Counted from the first letter of the whole stretch, positions 1-11,089 are shown. The stretch is 63,676 nucleotides of DNA, filler included, from Lama guanicoe (GCA_013239625.1; 145 parts of 145 records of this genome joined end to end with filler, not necessarily neighbours in it), one strand, 5' to 3'. The notes: generated by a model not told the origin, from the sequence alone. Made by a program: numbers and translations.

Positions 1-339
1 TCTCCCAGCAGTCCAATAATGCTAAACCACCCTTAGCCTGTTTTAAATGTCGAAAACCAGGGCATATAGCCGAATATTGTAAAGGAGATAAACCGCCTCA
101 AAAACAACCTGCAAAAATATGTCCCCGGTGCCACCGCGGATACCATTGGGCTAATCAATGCAAATCTAAAACCGATGTTGATGGTAATACAATTCAAGGA
201 AAACTGTAGGGAAACTCGAAACGGGGCACCCCCCCAGGTGCCCACCAAAAACAAGTATGGGGAACAATCAGCTCAAGCCCCAGTACTCAATTACCGACCT
301 TATTGCCACCTCCCCAGGGAGTGCAGGACTCGATTTAGC
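1..339 (+). mobile_element. Betaretrovirus-like (class II) endogenous retrovirus fragment: gag nucleocapsid to pro/dUTPase junction
   Basis: Frame from nt 3 reads ..LACFKCRKPGHIAEYC..ICPRCHRGYHWANQCKSKTDVDGN (two CX2CX4HX4C knuckles). The -1 frame is open from 209 to the contig end, reading ..SITDLIATSPGSAGLDL (dUTPase motif 1). The gag-frame tail PPPQGVQDSI* resembles betaretroviral Gag C-termini. There is an in-frame TAG at 207-209. Confidence 0.93.
209..262 (+). promoter_or_regulatory. -1 programmed ribosomal frameshift signal: G GGA AAC heptamer plus H-type pseudoknot
   Basis: GGGAAAC at 209-215 is in the correct gag phase. Stem 1 is GGGCACC 224-230 with GGTGCCC 237-243; stem 2 is CCCCA 232-236 with TGGGG 258-262. 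Same layout as the SRV-1/MPMV gag-pro signal. Confidence 0.85.
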
Positions 340-477
340 NNNNNNNNNNNNNNNNNNNNNNNNNNNNNNNNNNNNNNNNNNNNTTAATTAATTAANNNNN
401 NNNNNNNNNNNNNNNNNNNNNNNNNNNNNNNNNNNNNNNCTCTCTTCTGTGGGCAGGCGGGGGATTCACCCAGCCCT

Positions 478-551
478 ACTGGGTGAGCACCCACCTTGCA
501 CCAGCACCAGGCTCCACACCATTCGCGTCATATTGCCGTTAATCCTCACAA
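478..551 (-). mobile_element. MIR SINE fragment (degenerate)
   Basis: ..gagcacccaccttgcaccagcacc..ttaatcctcacaa resembles the MIR core in reverse orientation. Confidence 0.5.
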
Positions 552-663
552 AATATTAAAAACATTTTGGATGTTTGTTTTTATTTTGGCTTGTTTTGGG
601 TAGTGAGGAAAATATAGATCGGCAGCATTATGTAACTGCCCGAGGTATAAAGTGCTATGAAAC

Positions 664-778
664 CGGTGGCCTCAGTCAGAAGAGATTTTTGCCCCCTTTC
701 TCCCAAGGGGATTTGGCAATGTTTGGAGATGCTTTTGGTTGTCCCATCTGGGCGGTGTTGGAGGGGGCAGGGTTTCTA
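664..778 (+). mobile_element. MER20 (hAT-Charlie) DNA transposon fragment
   Basis: gatttttgccccc..ggggatttggcaatgtttggagatgcttttggttgtc matches the MER20 consensus as I recall it. Confidence 0.8.
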
Positions 779-1456
779 NNNNNNNNNNNNNNNNNNNNNN
801 NNNNNNNNNNNNNNNNNNNNNNTTAATTAATTAANNNNNNNNNNNNNNNNNNNNNNNNNNNNNNNNNNNNNNNNNNNNTGGGACCACGTGATGCTGTGAC
901 GTTGTGGGTGAGGGGCCCCTGGCCTCACTGGGACGTCATCACTCCCATTCATCCCTCAGACTCTGGTTCTCGCTGGTCTCTGTGATTCCTCCTCCTTCCC
1001 CAGGGCGTCCCCGGGATCCACGTCTCTCTCTGCCCCCCGACAACCTCTCAGGAGCCTGGGGAGCCCCAGCTGCTCCCTCCTCCTCCAGGGAAGCCTGGGG
1101 ACCCCAAGATCAGTCTCACGACTCTGTGTGGATGCTCCCCAGACAGCTTCTCAGGTGCCGGGTCACCCAGAGCGGCCTCCAGGGCTGGTGGTTCCGCTGT
1201 GGGAGGTCCCTGATCTGNNNNNNNNNNNNNNNNNNNNNNNNNNNNNNNNNNNNNNNNNNNNTTAATTAATTAANNNNNNNNNNNNNNNNNNNNNNNNNNN
1301 NNNNNNNNNNNNNNNNNATTAAAGATTTGATTGATTCATGCAAGCATATTTTTTGTATATGCAGTATAAAAAATAAAAGTATAAACTGTACAACGTCTTG
1401 GTTATTGATTTAGAAATAAGTAAATATTACATGTTACTCTAATTGACATTTTATTC

Positions 1457-1602
1457 CAGGAGTCAGCAAGTGTTTTCTGTAAAAGACCAGATAGTAATGG
1501 TCTTAGGCGTTACAGACCATATGGTGTTTGTTGCGACAACTCATCGTAAGTAAGCAGATGGGTGTTGTTCAGTTACAATAAAACTTTATTTAAAAAACAG
1601 GC
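1457..1602 (+). mobile_element. MER58A-like (hAT-Charlie) element
   Basis: caggagtcagcaag..tttctgtaaaagaccagatagtaa..caataaaactttatttaaaaaacaggc. Confidence 0.8.
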
Positions 1603-1606
1603 AATG

Positions 1607-1653
1607 AGCCAGAAAGAGAAAGAAAAATACCATATGATATCACTTATATGTGG
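1607..1653 (+). mobile_element. L1 ORF2-end/3' UTR fragment (5'-truncated copy)
   Basis: agccagaaagagaaagaaaaataccatatgatatcacttatatgtgg is typical of laurasiatherian L1 3' regions. Confidence 0.75.
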
Positions 1654-2295
1654 NNNNNNNNNNNNNNNNNNNNNNNNNNNNNNNNNNNNNNNNNNNNTTA
1701 ATTAATTAANNNNNNNNNNNNNNNNNNNNNNNNNNNNNNNNNNNNNNNNNNNNAGAGGAATGTCCACAATCAGGAATTTTGGCTTCTGCATTTGCAATCT
1801 TACTCCTTCATGTAAGGCATGGCTCCACTATACATATTATTGGAGAGAATTTAAGTAATTTTCTTAAAGCTACAGTAGATGTATGCCCAGACTGAGATCA
1901 ATTCCAAGATACATGTTCTCAGTTACTTTGCTATTCTGCCTTCTGAGTTCATCCTAAAATTTGGAAGGTTGCCAGGCAGGTTAATCCCAAGAAGTACATC
2001 TTTCATTTAGGGATCTGTACAGAGGAAGGATGTGGGTAGAGGAAGCGTCTGATGTTCCTTATCTACACCCCTTACTCCTTTGAGGTATTCATNNNNNNNN
2101 NNNNNNNNNNNNNNNNNNNNNNNNNNNNNNNNNNNNTTAATTAATTAANNNNNNNNNNNNNNNNNNNNNNNNNNNNNNNNNNNNNNNNNNNNGGAAGCCC
2201 AGCTGAGAGCAGACGGGGCTGCTCTAGGCAGCCTTGCAGGGCTGACAGGGCTGGGATACGCAGCCTCGCATGGCTGCACAATTGAAAGGGCACCC

Positions 2296-2387
2296 GAGTT
2301 CAAATCCTGATTCTGTTCCTTGGTAGCTCTGTCACCTTGAGAAAGTCCTTAACAGCCCCCAACCCACATTTCTTCACTTTAAAAAAG
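2296..2387 (+). mobile_element. MIR SINE fragment
   Basis: gagttcaaatcctgattctg..tagctctgtcaccttgagaaagtccttaac (B-box followed by core). Confidence 0.7.
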
Positions 2388-2631
2388 GTAAGAGAACTAT
2401 CAGAGCTATGGATGTAACATGCTTGGCCTTGTGTGTCACCAGAAAGTATACCTAAATTATGGTAGCTATTTTTATCCTGAGAAAAATGAATTACATCTGA
2501 TTTACTTTTAAAATCTGAGCTCAAGAAAAAANNNNNNNNNNNNNNNNNNNNNNNNNNNNNNNNNNNNNNNNNNNNTTAATTAATTAANNNNNNNNNNNNN
2601 NNNNNNNNNNNNNNNNNNNNNNNNNNNNNNN

Positions 2632-2678
2632 GGCCTCGTGCATGCTAAGCACGCGCTCTACCACTGAGCTACACCCCC
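2632..2678 (-). tRNA. tRNA-Ala(AGC), 5' 47 nt, truncated by contig edge
   Basis: Minus strand reads GGGGGTGTAGCTCAGTGGTAGAGCGCGTGCTTAGCATGCACGAGGCC, matching mammalian tRNA-Ala-AGC as I recall it. It lacks the GGGGAGGG-type head of the derived SINE and keeps its CpGs. Confidence 0.82.
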
Positions 2679-2910
2679 TCACTGGTCACACGTAGTGTGT
2701 AAAAGAAATTTTAATTGGCAGAGCTTGCACGTCACGTGAAAGCAATAAAAAGTGGGCTACTCTTTTGAACTCCGACACAGCATTGGGCCTATTGGGCAAT
2801 GAGACTTCAGCATGCTAAAGGAATTCGATGTTCGTGAGCACAGTTGGAGTGAGCACCTTTTACAACTCTTCCTTCATGGACCAGGAGGCAAATTACTCTC
2901 GGAAGCGACT

Positions 2911-2914
2911 AAAA
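2911..2914 (-). terminator. Pol III terminator (TTTT) for tRNA-Phe
   Basis: AAAA on the + strand, 10 nt downstream of the tRNA-Phe 3' end. Confidence 0.6.
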
Positions 2915-2923
2915 CGCTCGGCC

Positions 2924-2970
2924 TGCCGAAACCCGGGATCGAACCAGGGACCTTTAGATCTTCAGTCTAA
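2924..2970 (-). tRNA. tRNA-Phe(GAA), 3' 47 nt, truncated by contig edge
   Basis: Minus strand reads TTAGACTGAAGATCTAAAGGTCCCTGGTTCGATCCCGGGTTTCGGCA: anticodon arm (GAA), T-arm GGTTCGATCC, 3' acceptor strand, no encoded CCA. Confidence 0.93.
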
Positions 2971-3149
2971 NNNNNNNNNNNNNNNNNNNNNNNNNNNNNN
3001 NNNNNNNNNNNNNNTTAATTAATTAANNNNNNNNNNNNNNNNNNNNNNNNNNNNNNNNNNNNNNNNNNNNTTTTTTTTGACATATAGTACTTTCCTTATC
3101 ATTCAGTTCTAATTTTCCTTAAAATTTTCCCTTTTTATTTTATTTTTGG

Positions 3150-3330
3150 CATTCAAAAATGATATAATTAATGTAAACAACTTGATGAGTTTGGGCATAA
3201 GTACACACTCATGAAACCATCACCACAATCTATGCCATAATCTTATCCATCACCTTCAGAAATTTCCTCTCACCCTCATTTATTATTAATAGTATTTTTT
3301 GTGATAAGAACACTTACTATAAAATCTATC
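3150..3330 (-). mobile_element. L1 (L1MA/MB-type) 3' UTR fragment
   Basis: atgaaaccatcaccacaatc..tttttgtgataagaacactta. Confidence 0.7.
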
Positions 3331-3948
3331 CAAAATTATTGACTTATTCAATTAATCTACAAATTTGCCTGTTTTTAGTCTTTTTGATCTATCAGTTTCT
3401 CTAAGAGATNNNNNNNNNNNNNNNNNNNNNNNNNNNNNNNNNNNNNNNNNNNNTTAATTAATTAANNNNNNNNNNNNNNNNNNNNNNNNNNNNNNNNNNN
3501 NNNNNNNNNTAATTTACATGGTTATATTAACCAAAAAAGTTCTTTTCTCTTAGAGATGCAAAGTAAAGTATTTTAAGCATGAAAGGATACAATAAGATTT
3601 ACTTTAAAATAAATACGGGTCAGAGGATGTAGAAAATAAAGACAGAAGTGACACCATCTACCAGGAACTGCTGAAGCTGGCAGAGGAACCAGAGGACTTG
3701 GATCCCTATCCTTCCTACTTCGGTACACCTGAACATCTCATAATAAAAGGTGAAAAATAAAATACACATCATGTAAGGATATAAACAAACATTTGGTGAA
3801 CTACATTTTATTTCAGGTCATGCCCTGCTCATTCCTGTTGATTCTGTCNNNNNNNNNNNNNNNNNNNNNNNNNNNNNNNNNNNNNNNNNNNNTTAATTAA
3901 TTAANNNNNNNNNNNNNNNNNNNNNNNNNNNNNNNNNNNNNNNNNNNN

Positions 3949-4287
3949 AAAAAAAAGTCATAAGTATTTTGATAGGAATTGCATTAATCCTGTAGATTGC
4001 TTTAAGTAGTATAATCATTTTAACATTAATCTTCCAATTCAAGTACATTGGACATCTTTCCATTTTATCATGAATGGATGTTGAATTTTGTCAAATGCAT
4101 TTTCTGCATCTATTGAAGTGATAATATGTTTTTTCTCTTCTTTTGCTGATGTAGTGTATCACATTGATTGATTTGCATATATTGAACCATCCTTACAACA
4201 CTGGAATGAAGATAATGTGATTATGGTATATGATCCTTTTTACGTATTATTGGATTCTGCTTGCTAATATTTTGTTGAGAACTTTTA
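3949..4287 (-). mobile_element. L1 ORF2 (RT region) fragments
   Basis: ttgataggaattgcattaatcctgtagattgcttt..; atggatgttgaattttgtcaaatgcattttctgcatctattga..ttgctaatattttgttgag. Confidence 0.88.
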
Positions 4288-4892
4288 NNNNNNNNNNNNN
4301 NNNNNNNNNNNNNNNNNNNNNNNNNNNNNNNTTAATTAATTAANNNNNNNNNNNNNNNNNNNNNNNNNNNNNNNNNNNNNNNNNNNNAGAAAATAAAGTT
4401 CGATTTATCTATCATATCTTCTAGCAAATTCTTGACTGGAGGAGCATTTTACGTATAAAATATGAGACTCTCACCTTGAGGAGGAAAGCTCTTTATGATC
4501 TTGAAAAGGAGAAAATGTTTCCACTATGACAGAAAATTCCAGAAGTCGTCAAAGAAAATGATGACGCCATTGAAACAGGAAACATTAAAAAAAATAACAA
4601 AACAACAAAAAACACAAACTTTCAACGTGTCAAAAAAATGCCATTGACAATATTAACATAAAATGACAAACTGGAGAGGGGGGCGTATGTTTAAATGTAT
4701 CCCCAATGGCTGATCACTTTCTAACANNNNNNNNNNNNNNNNNNNNNNNNNNNNNNNNNNNNNNNNNNNNTTAATTAATTAANNNNNNNNNNNNNNNNNN
4801 NNNNNNNNNNNNNNNNNNNNNNNNNNTTATTTTCTGTGCCTTGTCCGCTGGGAAGGTCAAGATAGAAATGAAGAATTGGTGCTTGTTCTTTT

Positions 4893-5036
4893 TTTTCTTT
4901 TTTTAATTATTTTTATTTTGGGGGGGGGCAGTAATTAGGTTTGTTTATTTATTTATTTAATGTACGTACTGGGGATTGAACCCAGGACTTTGCGCATGCA
5001 AAGCAGGTGCTCTGTCATTGAGCTATACCCTTCCCC
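4893..5036 (-). mobile_element. tRNA-Ala-derived SINE of Vic-1 (camelid) type, full length with target-site duplication
   Basis: Minus strand reads GGGGAAGGGTATAGCTCAATGACAGAGCACCTGCTTTGCATGCGCAAAGTCCTGGGTTCAATCCCCAGTAC..TAAATAAATAAACAAACCTAATTACTGCCCCCCCCC plus an A-rich tail. TGTTCTTTT flanks both sides (4884-4892, 5037-5045). Confidence 0.85.
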
Positions 5037-6582
5037 TGTTCTTTTCTTTGTCTTCTATTAACATTGACCATTTTCTTGAATTGGGGCCCACCGGAGAATT
5101 TTTCTCTTCATATCAGTTGAAAAGATTTAGTTCTTGCCTTAAGTATCAAAAAGATGTCTTCAAGGNNNNNNNNNNNNNNNNNNNNNNNNNNNNNNNNNNN
5201 NNNNNNNNNTTAATTAATTAANNNNNNNNNNNNNNNNNNNNNNNNNNNNNNNNNNNNNNNNNNNNTGCCTGGAACCCAACTGCTAGTGCAAATTGTTTTT
5301 CAATCTTTTATTGGAGCTACTGGTTCACAATGAGCCAAAATGCCATTTGAGTACCTTCTGGAAGAAAAGAACTAGCACTCCTACCTTTTGGTAAGAAATA
5401 CGCATATTTGTTGGTTAGAATTATTTACTCTGGAGGTCTTATTAGAAATCTAACATTTTTAAAAGGGGAATATAATTTTCATTCTATTAAAAAATAGAGT
5501 TTTAGGGAAAGCCCCTGTTGTCTTCATCAGGGTTCATTACCATTTGGGGTCTCTGTGGGATCCCAGAGCACTGTAGGCGACCAGAACAATGTCCTTGGAC
5601 TTGCNNNNNNNNNNNNNNNNNNNNNNNNNNNNNNNNNNNNNNNNNNNNTTAATTAATTAANNNNNNNNNNNNNNNNNNNNNNNNNNNNNNNNNNNNNNNN
5701 NNNNTCCGTAGAGCTGGCCATACACTGCGTCCTGCACACAAAGGGAGGACCCCTGATTCTGCCTACAGGGGTCACAGAGCAGGGGGTATTTGAGGTCAAG
5801 GCTGTACAATGTGTGCCACTTGCCACCCAGAGGAGGAGAGTAAAATGTGGGGAGGGGAGGGGCTGGCGCGGTCACTCAGTAACCAGTGAGCTGTCCTGGT
5901 TAGATGGGGGGCTGGAAGGACCGCCTGGAGCTTGGGCACCGAGCATCCTGGCCAGCAACGCCGGGCAGAAGAAATGCAACCGAAAGTCTGTACGTAGATA
6001 GCCAGGTCTGGCACTTGGAAGATAATTCTGGCAGCAACGTTGANNNNNNNNNNNNNNNNNNNNNNNNNNNNNNNNNNNNNNNNNNNNTTAATTAATTAAN
6101 NNNNNNNNNNNNNNNNNNNNNNNNNNNNNNNNNNNNNNNNNNNAAAAACAATAAATAATTGGCCTGCAGTCATAGTCACTAGAAAAGAACTTTGAACTTT
6201 TAATAAAGCTCACATCTGTGCTAGTAAATCCTAATTCCTGTCCTGAGGGGGTAAGGAAGGTTGAGAAACTTCACTACAGAACGGGGGATGCAGTCCTACA
6301 GACTTTCCAGAGCCTGGCCTGACTGAGTTGAGGATTTTCACGTTTAGGAGTGCTGACACCAATTTTACTGTACGCCGGAAGTCTTCAGAATTAGAGAACG
6401 CTAAATAATACGTAAAGTCCCTTACTCTAGACCTAGTGAAACAGGAACTTTGTTTATCCGTATTGTTGAAAATCCTTCGAGTNNNNNNNNNNNNNNNNNN
6501 NNNNNNNNNNNNNNNNNNNNNNNNNNTTAATTAATTAANNNNNNNNNNNNNNNNNNNNNNNNNNNNNNNNNNNNNNNNNNNN

Positions 6583-6915
6583 CCCCAGCAGCCCCCTGAG
6601 CAATCCTGCAGACAGACCACACGAACGAGATAACACTTGAAGACAGATCGTGAGGAGTCAGCCAGCCTGCACACAACGGACAATGGTGCAGAACATAACC
6701 TTCTGCCTCAGTGATTAACTGAGATTGCTTCCCCTCTTTTCCCTTTAAAAGCTGTCATAGCTGAGCAGAATCTTGCTAGTTGGCTTTGGGGTGTAAGTCC
6801 ACCTTCTCCCCAGATTGCGGGCTTTTTTGATGAAAGCAACTTGACTTCCTACCACCACCTGCCTCTTGAGTATTGCCTTTTGAGCGGTGAGCAGCTGAAC
6901 CTGAGTTTGGTTACT
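6583..6915 (+). mobile_element. ERV1-class LTR (3' part)
   Basis: TATA-like ccctttaaaagc; U5-like end gagcggtgagcagctgaacctgagtttggttac. Confidence 0.65.
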
Positions 6916-8004
6916 TGTGTGNNNNNNNNNNNNNNNNNNNNNNNNNNNNNNNNNNNNNNNNNNNNTTAATTAATTAANNNNNNNNNNNNNNNNNNNNNNN
7001 NNNNNNNNNNNNNNNNNNNNNAGAGGTTTCAATAAATTGTTACCTCCTTCAGAGATGGAGGAGATTAAGCAGGTGCCTCCCACGGTCAGTGGTGCTGCTT
7101 AAATGGGAAAATGTATTTGATAAACATACCTTGAAGTCCATGTACCACCTGTGCTGGTTGTTTTGCTACACCCACCAACACATCTGAATCTGAGTTGGCT
7201 CTTTCATGCCCCTTTTTGGAAGCAGAACCTTGGATGCTCAAACATAACTGCTACCTGTGTCTGACCATGACATCAGTGCTCAATCAGGGAGGGAGTGGAG
7301 GGGGTGACTGGCTTTCTGGAGATTGGTTCTATCATTGCCAGTGCAGGCACACCTGCTGTANNNNNNNNNNNNNNNNNNNNNNNNNNNNNNNNNNNNNNNN
7401 NNNNTTAATTAATTAANNNNNNNNNNNNNNNNNNNNNNNNNNNNNNNNNNNNNNNNNNNNTGATTTCCACGAGACAGACATGTGAACAAGAAAACCTCCA
7501 CCCCTGTGTGTTGTGATGCGTGATTCCCCCGGGTTAACAGATCACCAAAGTTGCCTGAATGTGTGTTTCCACCTTGATATCAACTTGAAGCCCATCTCCT
7601 CCCAGTAGACAGAGGGGACTGGTGTGATGTTGGGAAAGGGCAGGAGCTCAGGTGTCACTGACAGTTGAGGGAGGGAGGGGGCCCAGAGTGAGGGGAGGGG
7701 CCGTGGGTGGTTGTGGAGTGTGTGGGGCCAGATCAGGAAGGAAACGTGTGGGGCTGAGGGGTTGGGATTTCATGCAAACAGCAGTGAGGAGTCATTGAAN
7801 NNNNNNNNNNNNNNNNNNNNNNNNNNNNNNNNNNNNNNNNNNNTTAATTAATTAANNNNNNNNNNNNNNNNNNNNNNNNNNNNNNNNNNNNNNNNNNNNG
7901 GAGAGAGAGGGAAATCTATATACTTTCTGTATTTGTATGAAACTGTTAAATGATATTTTAAAGCTTACAATAACTTATCAAAATTTTATAAAAATTCATA
8001 GGCG

Positions 8005-8238
8005 CAAAGGATGAAGGTGAGCAAAAGGCACAAACTTGAAGTTATGAGATAAATAAGTCCTGGGTATAGAGTGAACGGCATGGTGACTATAGTTAACAAG
8101 GTTATATTGTATATTGGAAAGTTGTTAACAGAGCAGATTTTAAAAGGTCTCATCAGAAGAAAGAAAATTGTACCTATGTGTGGTGGTGGGTACTATCTAA
8201 CCTTATTGTGGACATCTTTTTGCAATATATATATATAT
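8005..8238 (+). mobile_element. L1MA-type 3' UTR
   Basis: aaggcacaaacttgaagttatgagataaataagtcctggg..gcatggtgactatagttaacaa. Confidence 0.85.
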
Positions 8239-8777
8239 NNNNNNNNNNNNNNNNNNNNNNNNNNNNNNNNNNNNNNNNNNNNTTAATTAATTAANNNNNN
8301 NNNNNNNNNNNNNNNNNNNNNNNNNNNNNNNNNNNNNNGACCTCCATACCTGGTGCAGGGGTGCAGGCAGCCCCAGCAACTCAGAGGGGGGTCCTGGAGT
8401 CTGAGCTGAATAAGGAGGACATCTGCATAGGTCAGATGCCCAGTTCTGAGCCTGACTGGGGCAAAGAAGGTGTCCATCTGGAGGAGGGAGTGTAGGGGTC
8501 AACACCTCAGAAGGGTGAGGAGGGCATCCCTCTGGAGGGGAGAACCCTGGCAAGGGGTGTCAGAGCCTTGGGAGGCTGAAGAAAGAGACTTGCTGGAGGA
8601 GTGCCCTGGTATTGGGTGTCAGAGGGCTTTCATGTGAGAAGCTCACACTGGCATAGAGAGTCAGAGCCCCATGTGAGNNNNNNNNNNNNNNNNNNNNNNN
8701 NNNNNNNNNNNNNNNNNNNNNTTAATTAATTAANNNNNNNNNNNNNNNNNNNNNNNNNNNNNNNNNNNNNNNNNNNN

Positions 8778-8807
8778 TGTGTGTGTGTGTGTGTGTATGT
8801 GTGTGTG
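8778..8807. repeat. (TG)n microsatellite at contig start
   Basis: Directly visible. Confidence 0.95.
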
Positions 8808-8829
8808 TTCATGTGTGTTTTGATAACAG

Positions 8830-9116
8830 GTCCCTAAAGCCAGCCTGGGTTTGATTTTTCACTAGGAAACCTTATGAAACTCTGCATATATTCATATTCA
8901 TAACTATGACATAAGACAATGAAAGATACAAAGCAAAATCAGCAAAGGAAAAGGGCACATGGGCAAAATCCAGAGGTAATAAGTGTAAATTTTCAAGAGT
9001 TCTCTCCCAGTGGAATCACACAGGATGTGCTTAATTCTTTCAGTAACCAGTGTGACAACACACATAACATATTGTCTGAGTGGGAAGCTCATTACAGACT
9101 CAGTGATCATAGTTTT
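8830..9116 (-). mobile_element. ERVL LTR (MER77/MER68-like)
   Basis: aaagatacaaagcaaaatcagcaaaggaaaaggg..ctctcccagtggaatcacacaggatgtgcttaattc..gtgtgacaacac. Confidence 0.7.
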
Positions 9117-9216
9117 NNNNNNNNNNNNNNNNNNNNNNNNNNNNNNNNNNNNNNNNNNNNTTAATTAATTAANNNNNNNNNNNNNNNNNNNNNNNNNNNN
9201 NNNNNNNNNNNNNNNN

Positions 9217-9555
9217 ATTACCTCAGCCCTGCGCACCAGCGACTGGCAGCCTCCACAGCCAAGGCCTGGCAACCAACTAGACCACCGGCCAGCTGGGCCC
9301 ACCAGACCGCTTACACTGTCAAACCATCGCAACAGGAGGACCCAGATAGCCTACATTAGGGGCACTCCCAGAGCTCTGGTGACCAGAATGGAGTGAGTTG
9401 CCGGGAAGCACCGATGTCTCCTACAAAAGGCTACTTTTTCAAGGTCAAGTAATATAAACAACTTCCCAAAAACAAAGAAATAAAAACGTCAAATTAGGCA
9501 AAATGAGTGACAGAAGAGCATGTTCAAAATAAGGAAGAGGACAAGCCCCAGAAAA
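9217..9555 (+). mobile_element. L1 5' UTR end and degenerate ORF1 start
   Basis: aaattaggcaaaATG at 9503 is followed by a decayed ORF1 start resembling MRRQRNMFQMKEQDKTPEK. Confidence 0.75.
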
Positions 9556-9655
9556 NNNNNNNNNNNNNNNNNNNNNNNNNNNNNNNNNNNNNNNNNNNNT
9601 TAATTAATTAANNNNNNNNNNNNNNNNNNNNNNNNNNNNNNNNNNNNNNNNNNNN

Positions 9656-9777
9656 ATTTCTGGTATACAGCATAATGTTTCAGTCATATATATATATATA
9701 TACAAACATATATTTGTTTTCATATTTTTTTCATTTATAGTTCCCTATTGAATATAGTTCCCTGTGCTATACAGAAG
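9656..9777 (-). mobile_element. L1 3' end (artiodactyl-type) abutting the SMS retrocopy
   Basis: atttctggtatacagcataatgtttcagtcata..tattgaatatagttccctgtgctatacag. Confidence 0.8.
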
Positions 9778-9786
9778 CAGCTTGTA

Positions 9787-9993
<207 letters not shown>

Positions 9994-10997
9994 NNNNNNN
10001 NNNNNNNNNNNNNNNNNNNNNNNNNNNNNNNNNNNNNTTAATTAATTAANNNNNNNNNNNNNNNNNNNNNNNNNNNNNNNNNNNNNNNNNNNNATACAAG
10101 TGGTGGTGTTTTATGTTTTATTTGGAGCCTGAGAGTTTCTGGCTCCATAACCAGAAGCTGCTACCTAGCGCTTCCAGTGGATGGGATGGCTCTTTTATTC
10201 TTTGACTGTCCAGCTCTGAGCTTGCTCTGAATCTCAATCATTTCTATCCACAAAACACTCACGTGCTTTCAAGGATTTTTCTAAACGTTAGACTTACTGG
10301 CACTTAACTTGATGACTTCCAAAATGTGCTTTCATGCCCAGACAGCTTGAATACTGGTCCCTATCGATGAGCTGGAGCACATCATAAATAATAACATTTT
10401 GCTACTGACATAAAAATGTTGCTTATATTCCANNNNNNNNNNNNNNNNNNNNNNNNNNNNNNNNNNNNNNNNNNNNTTAATTAATTAANNNNNNNNNNNN
10501 NNNNNNNNNNNNNNNNNNNNNNNNNNNNNNNNGCTTCTTCAGAGGAAACCAGCCCAGCCCTGCTTCTAGGCTATGATGTGACTGCCTGGTTGCTGGTATG
10601 TGGGGAGCAGGGCAGAAAGTGGGCAGCGGGTCCAGCAGTCAGTGGGCAGACTGCCCCCCCACCTCCTCCCACCTGCCCTCTGCGGTGCCCGGTGTCCACA
10701 GCCTGGGGTCTCTCACGGTCAGCTTTCTGGGGTCGGGGTGGGTGGTGGTGGGAAAAACAGTACAGCGTCTACAGATAGACTCTTCACCATTTCTGCCACT
10801 TCCGTCCCGCACCGTGCTGGCACTCCTCTGTCCTGGAGTCTTTCCTGGGCTCACGGACAAACTGATCCCCANNNNNNNNNNNNNNNNNNNNNNNNNNNNN
10901 NNNNNNNNNNNNNNNTTAATTAATTAANNNNNNNNNNNNNNNNNNNNNNNNNNNNNNNNNNNNNNNNNNNNCCCCCATCTTCATTTTTCCCTCTCAG

Positions 10998-11089
10998 GAG
11001 ACTGAAAGCCCCAAGGCAGGGATCATTTGTTCACTAGTTACCCAGCACCTAGAGTAAGTGCTCAGTGTTTAGTGAGAGAATAAATGAAT
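10998..11089 (+). mobile_element. L2 3' end fragment
   Basis: agactgaaagccccaaggcaggga..ttgttcact..cccagcacctag..gtgctcagt..gaataaatgaat. Confidence 0.65.

Noticed and set aside
5705..6043. Overlapping ORFs and a possible acceptor before DAVYGQLYG
   Set aside because: The right end looks like L2, and only nine codons follow the putative acceptor, too few to identify.
8350..8422. Candidate 73-nt minus-strand exon (..tatgcag| .. CAG|gtatgg)
   Set aside because: Weak polypyrimidine tract and no recognisable protein.
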